A stretch of DNA of 64,000 nt, from positions 930,001 to 994,000 of the forward strand of contig JAMWBK010000006.1 of the NCBI GenBank assembly GCA_029953675.1, read 5' to 3'. Below are positions 49,617 to 60,401 of the stretch, one piece after another; within the stretch, counting starts at the first letter, position 1; each line of letters starts with the position of its first letter. The notes beneath the pieces were generated by a model that was not told where the DNA came from, searched no databases, and was given only the letters and a program-made list of their open reading frames with translations. Source of the DNA: Rhodosorus marinus CCMP1338. Its lineage: Eukaryota > Plantae > Rhodophyta. The position numbers and the translations under genes are program-made.

Positions 49617-52439
49617 GCCAGGAATGTTGTTCAAGCTGGGCAGGAGTTGCGCGAGATGTATTTACGCGGTTGCCTCTCGCATTGTCCACTTGTTGGAAGT
49701 CTTCGAGAAGCTTAAGCTGGTGGCACTATCAGGTCGCGTTGAAGGTGCACTAGAGGTTCTAGAAACATGATTTTGTTTGTCCACCTGTTCCGGCACAACT
49801 AGCTCTGCAAGAGTTGTTCATGAATGTGTCGACAATTGTTGACGATCTTTGAAAACGTAGGTCTTTTCAAGCGACTTAACTTCTGACCCCGCCCGTTTTC
49901 CTTGTATATGTTGTGGACTGCTGACAATATTTAAAAATGAGGTTCTTTCAAGTGCCTGCACTTGACCACGCGAGCGAGTACTCGCGACTACTGCTTCTCG
50001 CGTATCAGCAGTACTGAACTGTCTAGGTCTGTAGTAGAGCGTTCAGGGTCACGATATTGCTGATTGCTCACCAAGCCCGAGCGAATTCATCTCAGTCCCC
50101 AAAAAGCGTTTCATCGAAATCGACTAGGAGACAATTCTAATATCCTTATGCTTCCAAACGAATTACGCGGCGACGAAGCGCTCAGTAAATGAAATCCGGA
50201 TGAAAGCTTATGGTGACACAAGCCCTCGAACGACGTCCTGACACTTCCCCTCAACCGGGACAGAGGGATCCCATATACTTGTACGACCTACCTTTTCTGA
50301 TTACACGCCTCTTGTCCCTCTACAGACATCTCCCACTGTCCCAAAGCGAACGGAATTCACAAAAAGAATTCCCTCCCCGCTGTTGATGAATTCAGCGGAA
50401 CTCAGCACGGTATTCTTGGTGAGTTCTGAAGAGTGTTTAATACCTTGCACAGCGCGGACAGAGGAATATCATCAAAAGAGGACACTCTTTTCAAAGGTTT
50501 ACCAAAGGCAAGTGCTCATGTAGTCCGCGGATCGGATAAACTCTTGATGTCAGGACGCATCAAGTGTGCCCGGACAGGTCACATTTCTGTCCGTTTAAGA
50601 GCACAAGACGGACAACCCGCGCCGTAGGCCGCTAAGCTTGTCAGCTGACAAGCTAGCTCTGTTCACCCTGGCCAAACTAGATTGTTCCCGTTCCTTGCCG
50701 ACTGATGAGCAGAAACAAATTTGCGAAACCGTGTTCAATCATGGTGGGCAACCGACATCAACCAACACCCCTTGACCTTTCCACGCATGCTCCTTTTCTG
50801 AACAATGTCATGTTCGGTTGCGGCTGTGATATATTAGAACATGCACGAAAGATTTTCGCCAGAACCGGGTTGCTTATACCCTCGACGTCTTGTAAGCTAA
50901 CCCCACGTACAGCTGGGGCTTTTGATGAAACAGGACGAATGGCGTGGAGCACACACCGCTGATGTCCTGAATCCGTCAGCTGGCAACTGGGCCACAATCG
51001 GACCAAATAAATCGATTCAGATAGGCAAAACATCCCTATCACCTTTTCGACCACACCCCGCCAACGGCTCCTACCGAGCCATTGGGGATGTCCCAGTGTT
51101 TAAAGTGATTGGGAATGGAGGGATTTCACGCGCACCACGAACAATCCCTGGTAATCTGCAATCTCTCTGTCAAGCGCACGAACGGGGAGGTCACTCCAGC
51201 TGACCTCCAAATCTCCCCCAACGCTTACAGGCCAAGATCTTTCGCAGCCAAACGTGAGAATGGTTCTCCCATGGCTGACCGGATTGTGGGTATTTTCTCC
51301 GGAAATCAGTTATAACAAGAACAGGTTCTTCTCGCTACCACTCCAGGGTCACTTCCCCCTCTCCCCGGCCTCCTCGCTCTCTCCAATACCTGGCAACATC
51401 TTGCGATCGATTTCCAGTAAAAGAGCAGCAAGCAAAACAACGCCGTTTCCCCTTTCCAGGGGTCAAAAACTGAATCAAGGAATTGTTTGTTTTGATCACA
51501 ATCTTTTCTTTTTTTTTTGGGGGGGGGGGGTAGGGTTTCAAGTGCTATCCTCACATCTCGAAGGCCACTTCGCAATGCTAAAGAAAAACGGTTAGTCCGG
51601 TCACCCCCCTGTTTCGAAACGAATTTCCCATGACCCCTTTTGCGCTCGAAAACTGATATTCATCCACCGGTACAAATCATGAATAATATTTCTTTTTTGT
51701 TTGTTTGGAAACAATGAAATATCAATGAGGGGGGATCACTGTTCCGGCTCCATCCGTTCCAATCTGAAAAAGCTCGACAGAGAATGGCATATGCTTTTTG
51801 TCTCCCTTTACCTTCCCATGGTATTGGGTTAGATATGGGATAGGCCAAAAAAAATTGTTTTTCAAATATACGGCCTGGCTTGATCTTTGTCAGGCCCCCA
51901 CACCTGCCCACTTTTTTCAGAAAACGTTATGTCCTGAGGCACGACGCATCGATCCATAATTTTGACATTGCCAGGGAACGAGGGCATGAAAGACGATAGA
52001 ATCTCACTTTTTGAGACAAGCGGGAGGGATACCTCATAATTTGGATCCAAAACTCTTAATCATGCTCCGTGCAATATGGGACAATGCTGGTCCGCTCTTC
52101 ACCATTCAGAATATCCGAACTGGCCAATTCCATTCAAGGAAAAAATACTCCAGCCAATAAACGAGAGCACAGGGACCGTCTTTCGCCCGTTTGCAATGAT
52201 GATTTGCTACAATGAAGCAAGGTACGTCAAATCATTTGCTGTATGACGGGCACTGTTTTATTTCAATTTTTAAATGGAGCTATGATAACCCCACGCGTTG
52301 GTCTTGTTTTTTCCCGTGAAAGCCAATATTGACCAATTGGTAGAGGTCGCTTACTAAACATCTGAAACCCTAGACCGCTCCAACAGGACCTGCTTTCAAC
52401 GACTAAACATGATTGAAACCCTTCAAAAAAAAAAACAAC

Positions 52440-53079
52440 ATCAAAGCAAAGGACCATTATGGAGCTACCATTATGGAGCTAGCGCGTTGGGAATTGATAC
52501 TCCCCCCAACAGTTGTTTGTGTCAGGTCATAGCCCAAAACATGGTTTGGATACTCTAAAATATGAGCTGGTCGAGCACAACCAATCTCGGCTCCTGTGCT
52601 TCCACAGTTAGCCAATCAAGAAGCTCTTCAACCAATCTCAGCAGGAGGATGTTTCGCCCGGTGTCCAAGTGCATGAGCTTTTCCACTACATTTTCAGTAT
52701 AAAACTGTTACAACAAACCCTTTCCCGAGCATTTCCTCCACAATCTAGAGAGTAAGCTGCATCATGTAGAATCGCTTATATTCTCAAAACACTCAAAAAC
52801 TTGTATTAAGTCTAGATATAGGATGTGCTTAAAAGGTCCTACAACGCTGATTAGCGCTGGCCGGTAATTTCTCATAATTCCATATACGCTATGATGTCCT
52901 AACCGAAGAAATAGAAAAAAACCAGCGTTGATTAGCATATACACCACTCTTTCTCGCTTACCCCATCTATTTAATAAATTCGGAAGAGTTCCATCCAATT
53001 TTCGGCAAAAAATGAAACATTGACAACGTGGAAAGTCTAATATGTTGGAAATTTTCTCGTATGAAAACTTACAATACAA
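52440..53079 (-). mobile_element. Decayed LINE (CR1/L2-like) reverse transcriptase fossil
   Basis: Ordered remnants: DGTLPNLL...LIN (GpDGi...lL...L.N), RNYRPALISVV (NYRPISL.SV), EMLGKGFVVTVLY (..LD.G..vdvIY), EKL...NILL...DWLT...Q, then IPQ...SI.GPLL (GVPQGSILGPLL). Frameshifts and a 14-bp internal duplication at 52454-52481. Confidence 0.5.
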
Positions 53080-54228
53080 GGCAACATCCTAATACGGGCC
53101 TACATGTGCGATACTCTTCCATTTGCATTCATCCCAACCCCCTCCTTGTAGAGTCTGCGCAGCTTTTGTCTTCATGAAATGACAACTCATTGGCCTCTTT
53201 TTCCCCTCTGAGGAATTGTCAGAGTTTTGGTTTCTACTGAATTCAATATGTTTTAGATGATAATAGCTGTCGGCAATATCTTCTGATAGTCCCCCAGGCA
53301 CAACCCGACAAAGTAACTCTGAAGCGGGTTGTGGGTTGGGTAGTTTTCGGACAGGGTTGAAAAAGAAAAAGCAACGCCTCACTGGAGGTGAGTCAAATTT
53401 TTTTTTTTGGTTCTGATTGTCCCCACGTTTGCTCTCTTGTTTTCATATTGTCTCAAAATTGCGGGCTAAATTGTAATGAATGCCCTGAGCTGCTGAAACC
53501 TAATTTTCTTTCAGGAGACATGAAAAAATTTCCCTCCAACAGTAAAACTTCTGAAGGTTCTGATATTTACCTGAAAATTTGATCGTATTCAGCGACCGTG
53601 TTCGCAACCATTGGGAACCAAATATTTTGGAAAAGCGGAAGGGGGGGGAAAAAGGGGGGTAATCGGCGTGACTGAATTAGTAGCCTGTCGTGAATATACA
53701 CCTTGTCCTACGGGGTTACCTCGGACCGTTATAATCTAATTTTGTTCCAAAAAGTAAACTGATCCGGAGTTTCCTAAGGGGTCAACTCAACGGGAAAAAT
53801 TTGTTAGCCACCCCTAATTCTGGACCCCCTAAGTAAAAAACACGTTAGCCGCTGGAGTTGAATAAAGAATCCGAATACTGGATGAGCGGTAGGGTTGGCC
53901 CTATTGTTTTCAATTTCTTTCAGGCATATTGTTACGATTTTGATTGCGACGTTGAGGAGAATGTTTTCGATAGTTTTTCGTTGTTGTTGATACTTCCAAG
54001 TCATATGGGAGAAGGATGTAAGGAAAAGTGCTTGTGACGATTCCTAGCTTGGGGAGGTCGAAGAGTGGCTGCGAGGTGAGGGTCGCAACATGATTAGCCG
54101 TGTGTACATGAAAGATAAGCTCGAAGGTTAACCCTGTGAAAGCTAATTTGGGGGGAAAGAGGACCACGCGGCGCGTGGGTGGGTGGGGAGGAGGAGGACT
54201 GGAGAGCGGGGGTTAAGGGTACAACTTG

Positions 54229-56260
54229 ATGGACTCGAGGGACTCACGAAAGCGGCTCGACCGCGTGTTTGTCTATGGCAAACAGTTTCGTCTGGAGAAG
54301 GATAGGCTCACGCTCTTGGAGCGATCAGCCACCAGCATGTCGGGTTCGGTTAAGGTGGGGTGGAAGACGCTTGGTGTGATAAACTACAAGCCGGCAATTT
54401 GTAGCGTGAAGGCAAATGCCTTGCTGTTTGAGATTCTTTCCGGAGATAAGAAGCAATTTAGCGTCGCAGTGCCATTGGCTGGATCACGTTTCAAAGTTGA
54501 GAGCAATAGCACCATACTGTTCCACACGGATGATGGCCTACCCTATCTCTGGGTTCGATGTCCAGACAATGCGACTATGAACAGTTGGGTCCGGGAGTTA
54601 GGTCTCGTATCTCGAAGTGAAGTCAACTTCAACGATTTCGAGATCATTCGTGCGGTCGGAAAGGGTGGGATGGGAAAGGTTTTCCTCGGTAAGCATCGGC
54701 GAACTGGAGAGCGATTAGCTATCAAGGTAAGCTAGGGCACTCCTCCAATGGACTAGCAGTAGCTTATGTTATCGACCCGCTTCGTGAACCTGACAGTTGC
54801 GCCTTGCTTTGTCTAACCGCTTAGGTCATTGACAAGGCGAATGTTTTTGAGAAAGAGGGACATCTTCAACACATGGTCGATGAGAGGCTATTGTTGGAGA
54901 TGGGAGCGGGCCAGCCTTTCGTCCTGAAGTTGAAATACGCTTTTCAGACAGAGTCAAATTTCTTCCTCGCGACGGAGTTCTGCGAGGGTGGTGATCTGTA
55001 TCATCTCTTGAAACGGAGGAGAAAGACTCTGAGCGAGTCTGCAACGAAGTTCATTGCATCCGAAGTCATTCTCGCAGTGGAAAGTATGCATGCACAAGGC
55101 TGCGTTTATCGTGACCTCAAGCCGGACAACGTGCTCCTTGATTCAGAAGGTATGTTATACTTCACATTGCAGGAGCCGGTGCGACTTTGGGACTCCAAGT
55201 CCGTGTTTGCATGGCGTGGAGGCTTATCGAAATTGTCGTGCTTTATTGTTCAGGTCATGTCAGGCTTGCTGATTTCGGACTTGCGAAGCTGTTGAAGAAG
55301 AGTACGTCGTCGAACAAGTACCAGCGAACGAACTCCTTCTGCGGTACAGCGCAGTACACGCCTCCGGAAATGATTCAGAAGAGGTTCTACGACCAAAGCA
55401 TTGACAGCTGGTGTCTGGGTGTATTTTTATATGAAATTGTGGAGGGATCAACGCCTTTCTACTCGCGTGAACGTGAGGTCATGTACAAGCGAATTGAGAA
55501 GGACTCAGTGGAGTTTTCGAAGCGATTCTCGGACGATCTAAAGGATTTGATCAGCCACCTGCTGGAGAAAAGCCCGAAGCGGAGATATACTCTTGATCAA
55601 GTTAAGAAGCATAAATTTTTTAAAGGGGTGGAGTGGGATAAGGTTCAGAGGAAAGAGTTCTGGTCGAAAACAGTATACACCTCCAAAGAGAGGAAGGAGG
55701 TCTCCTTGGAGGAGCTGCGGCTGATCAACATTGAGAAGTACAAGAACTTGACGGTACAAGAAGAGGAAGATGTGAAATCTTCACGGGCTTTTCGGTTGGG
55801 CCCTAAGAAGCTTTCTAGTGGCACTGTTCCAGGCTTCATTTACGTTGCTGACGATTCCGACGATGAGAGGCGTAGTCCTCATGCATCGAGCAGTTCGGGC
55901 AGCGGCAACGAGGAGGATTCTGGGTCAAAGTCTCGTGAGAGTTCGCATGCGGCAAAGAATCATTCCAGTGTTAGTAGCCTAAGTTTTCGACGACCGTCCG
56001 AGTCCATCGGACTGTCCAGTGAAGACCCGAGCTCGAACGCTGTCAATGAAAGTCTCGTTTCTGTGGAATCCGGTAACGAAAGGCCGAATAGCCCATCACG
56101 ATCGAGCTCAAGTAGTGCGAAGGAGGTAAAGACCAAAGTGGAAGGTGCGCGACCGACAAGCACGCTGCGTACCAACGCAATATTCACGCGATCCCGGCAG
56201 TTGAAAAGTAATGGTGCTGTTGATATGCCAGCTCCGCAGCTGCAAAGGGTAGCCCTGTAG
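54229..56260 (+). CDS. AGC-family Ser/Thr kinase (S6K/PKB-like) with possible PH-like N-terminal region (introns 54727-54824, 55150-55253)
   Basis: VGKGGMGKV, LAIKVIDK, YRDLKPDNVLLD, DFGLAK, SFCGTAQYTPPE, DSWCLG and HKFFKGVEWD. The N-terminal region ends in CPDNATMNSWVREL, which is PH-like. Ser-rich tail. Confidence 0.95.
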
Positions 56261-56563
56261 AATACGTGAAAAGTGGGCCACGAAAAGTGTTGTGCTTTGT
56301 TGCTGGCTGAAAAAGTGTGAGCGCATGATTAAGATATCATGTGGGTGTATGTTTCATGCGGGTTGCCCCGTAGATTTGTAATTGTATGTACAAAACGATA
56401 AATTCATAATTCTTCTCAATGTACAACTGGCCATGTTTTTTATTCAAGTTGGTTGTAGTGTGGCACGATCTCACTCATCTGTACCGCTGCAAGTCGTCTC
56501 CGTTTAGTTCGTCAACCTTTGTACCCATCCATAATGCACCGATAGACGAGGCGAAGACGCCTA

Positions 56564-57892
56564 TCACACGGCGGTGAGAACTTTCTCCGCAGGCTGCGGA
56601 TTGGCGCTCTTCACAGCCCTTAGAATTCTTGCGAGAGCCTCCTCCGTACCAAGAAAGCCCTCGACCGGCATTACCTCCCACCCGGGGTTCTCCTTCAGAG
56701 CTGCAGTAACGCTGGGGTGCGTTAGTCCGGGAAGAAACGCTCTGCCTGTAAGGGCTCCAAGCTCTACGTCGTTGTCGTCGTCAAACCTTTCCCAGACAAA
56801 GACGAATTAGGAGAAAAGCGTTAGTGACCAGCTCTTTTCCTATGGTCCATACTCCCAACTTGCCATAGCTCACATCGATATGCTGTCCTCCGGCGTCAAC
56901 TCCAGAATTCCCAAGACACAATTCGCCGCATTGGCCTTTCCGGATGTGCTTGGATAAATGTCCGCCTTCCCTAGGTTGAAAGATGTAGCCAAATTCAACG
57001 CTTTCAGTTCGTCTTTGATCTTTTCAAAGTCCTCCACCGTCTTGCCTGTTGCGAGAAAAAAAAAGGCCCTGAACGTCAGACTCCTGATCGGTTTTACGGA
57101 CTTCCCAACAGTTTGCAAACTTTGGATTGGAAAACACATACCGGTGCTCTTGGTGACATCGACCCTGAAGTTTGTCACATAGTCACGTGCATCCAACGCC
57201 CACCCCTCTTTGCTTAGCCGGCGGTATAGGTCCCATAGCGGGCCGACTCTTTCGGAAGCGTCCTCCAGCTGCGGAGTAACTGTCGTTGCATTTGATGAGT
57301 CCCCAATCACGTTCTCATACATCTTTGTCCACTGCATATCAATTTCCTTCAAGATGGAGAGGAGCGTAGGAAAAAAGCAGAAACAAATCATAAGCTCCAG
57401 AGCATGTGGCAGCAGATTAAAAGAGTTGTAGTTGCATGACGATCTCCGTACTCCATTCCGAATGCAGCGACCTCCGTTCTCAAATACCTCGAAGTCTACT
57501 TTGGGCAGGTTTGGTCGGCGGTTGTCATAGGTCGAAGAACGTGCCCCTGTAATTAAGACAAACTGTACTCCCTCAGCGCGAATTTGATCGACGAGAGCGA
57601 TAGTTTTTTCCGAGATAAATGCTTTGCCGCCGGTCATGGACTCGAGAACACGACATTCTCTGCTCTCGCCCGTCTCATTGTATCTGATAAACACTTTGCC
57701 ATTCACAACCTCTCCCAGCTCAGCATACCTGCGCGGGTGCAATGGAATCTTAGCAACGTGACTTAGGCCGGATCAGGCAGTCATAAAACAGACAAAGGTA
57801 AGACAATACCTGTCGAAGTCCTTTGGATAGTGAACAAGCGTTCCGTCAATGTCCGAGAACACAACCTTGATCGGCTTTCCACCCTCACCCAT
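56564..57892 (-). CDS. HAD-superfamily (Cof/sucrose-phosphatase-like, class IIB) hydrolase, multi-exon
   Basis: Motif I VFSDIDGTL, motif II LITGAR, FENGG, motif III SGKANA and motif IV MFDDDND. Confidence 0.85.
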
Positions 57893-58554
57893 CCCTGACC
57901 CCCACCCCTGCTACGGGTTAACTTCCAACACAGACTGATCTTGTATAAAGGCTGCTGGAGAATACTTTTTCAACATCTACACATCTTCCAACTTTCCGGA
58001 TCCTGACCAATACTGTGCACCAACGTAGCCTCCTATATATAAGGCTTCGCCATCCACGCGATTCGATGCATTGACTACAGCTCGTGTGAGACTTCAAATT
58101 AGAAAAATAATTTGATAACTGTAAGTAGAGTACAGAGAGAATAGGAAAACTAAGAAGTGTTAGAGAAATAATCAACCAATAAAAACGTTATATACCCATT
58201 TAGAATGTATCAATAGGAAGCTAAGCACTATGGTTGGATAATCAGAACGTGCAAATATATTGATTGATCTCTCCTTCTTCAATCAGTTTATTTGAGAAGG
58301 ATACGACGTTGCTAGAGAAAAACGGCGCAGGGAGGTAGCAGGGTTTGCCAAGACCGGTATGGTGGTCCGGTTCGCGACGAACAGCTCAGCAAAGTCTGGT
58401 CTGAGGGTTCCCCTAACTGATTTGCTATGGTAGATGGGCTTCCTTGGTAAGATTCCAAGTTGCTGAGAGCGTGCTCAGCCTTTGGGCATGGGATTGTTGC
58501 TCTTCACTCCCTGTCAGTCCTCACGCCCTATGTACGATTGCTGCTGCAACCTGT

Positions 58555-58959
58555 TTAACCGATGCTTGTGCACCAAAAAAGCTTTCTATGAGGCGACCGT
58601 ATGTCGCGTTTCCACTCTAGCTTGTCGAAAGTAGCGTAGGTTGATTTACGAATGGTTCGGCCCTCCGGCTCATCACGGCGTGTCCACGTGATGAAGAAGT
58701 TGAAATACTCTGTGACGACTTCATGTCCGTCTCTGAACAGGTCAGCGCAGGTTTTATTCGCGTACTCGCGAGGAATATGGTGGGCACAAGCCTTTGCGAA
58801 CGAACGTGTTGATCCATGTCCGTCAATTGTACAATAGGAAGCCCAACGGCACATGGCAAGAGATAACGCAACCGATGACCAACACCTCGTACAGCATGAC
58901 AAACACCTCGTACAGCATCCGGCCAGTGGCTTTTTTTTTTCGGATTTAGCTCCGTGCAT
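58555..58959 (-). CDS. Orphan Cys-rich ORF, 134 aa
   Basis: ATG-initiated ORF with an in-frame 21-bp duplication (58875-58916) giving CCTRCLS/CCTRCWS. C/A-rich tract upstream on the + strand, as for other minus-strand genes here. No family motif recognised. Confidence 0.35.
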   Translation of the reverse strand: MHGAKSEKKKPLAGCCTRCLSCCTRCWSSVALSLAMCRWASYCTIDGHGSTRSFAKACAHHIPREYANKTCADLFRDGHEVVTEYFNFFITWTRRDEPEGRTIRKSTYATFDKLEWKRDIRSPHRKLFWCTSIG

Positions 58960-60401
58960 CCTAGGCGAGCTAACTTGCTGTGGTTTTTAGGTTTCTCAGC
59001 ACCTTTTTCAAGACCTAGAGATGGCCAGGCTTTTTCTTTCAAGGGGCGGAAAGAGTCTTTGATCCCCGAAAACTGACAGGGCAGTACCATGCATCATACT
59101 CGACCTCTGACCTGGCCAAGTACTCAGCGCGGCCTCCCCCCCACGTTGTTGAAAGTCAGTTGAAAGCAGATGATGTTGACTGCATATTCTCCCAAAAATG
59201 CTGAACGGCAAAAATAAACAAAAACGATCACGAGTGTAAGCGGATCGAATTCACATAGTCGATTGGTCCACACGATAGAATTAATTGATATTTAATTAAG
59301 CTATTAAAGCGGCCCTCATCCATATTCCATTAAAATTCAAGTCCGAGGAAACGTTTACGAGCCAATAGTTAGTTCCGAAGTCGATCATAAGGCTTTTTTG
59401 TAATTATATTCAATTTTACAATTTATCAATTATCGAATGCCACGCGTCCAGAAGTAGGTAAGATGGATTCCTTGAACAGCGTTGTTGAGCACTTGAATTT
59501 CCAGAGTTTCTTTTTAGTGATAAAGTTGCTAAAAAAAACAGTCAAGAAGAAGATATGTCTTCATTCTTGCTGAGGGGGAGGGGGGAGGAGGGTACAGAAT
59601 GCCCTGCGAATTGTTGTCGTTCAACCATTTAAGCGGCGGATTGTTTTAGTAGACTATTGTGACATTATTTTCATCATTACACATGATGACCACGACGGGG
59701 GTTGCCACCTTTTGTCCGATAACACTAGATTGAATAAAAGAATAAAAACGGACGATATCCATCAAAATTTTCTGAGAATATGTCTGATAAATTGTCTATA
59801 ATCGGACAGTTTAGTCGAAAAAAGTCGTTCAAATATGTTGATTTCTAATCATATGTTACGTATTATACGTTCTTACTTTTTTATCGGATGTTTTTATGAC
59901 AACCCGGCGATTATTGTCGTCTTCTATCGATCCAGCCGTCAAGATCTATTGCATCGAAATTTCTTCTTCAATAAATATACTCCGCAAGCAACTCCAGAGC
60001 ATTGTTTGGAGATGTAAGCCGAGGACGGAGGAAATAGTTTTAAGAATAGATAAAATCTGAAATGGGTGATTTTACACAGGGGGGTGTTGTATTGGATGGG
60101 ATCAGCCAGGGGTGGAAGCGTTCCGGGCCATTGAGGACACTTCCGGCCGATGTTCACTATGTATATATATCATTTGTTGGTGTAAAGGTGATTTTGGTAA
60201 CAGCAGGCTGTGGTGAGGTAATGGGGGGATGTCCGGCTACTGGTTCGGGAGGGAATGGGGAAGGAGAGGCGTACTTATAATTGTGGAAGGTGGTGTTGTT
60301 GAGAATGGCGAGGGTTGGGTACCGGTGGTTAGTCGCTGGCTTATGAGATTTTTTTCTTTTCGGGCGGGGTGGTGGGGTTTTGGGTGGCGTTTTCGATCGA
60401 G

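Noticed and set aside
51100-51200. RTTNNP followed by LSVKR, resembling a Mutator transposase C-terminal motif
   Set aside because: A single short motif that needs a frameshift, with no supporting DDE motif nearby.
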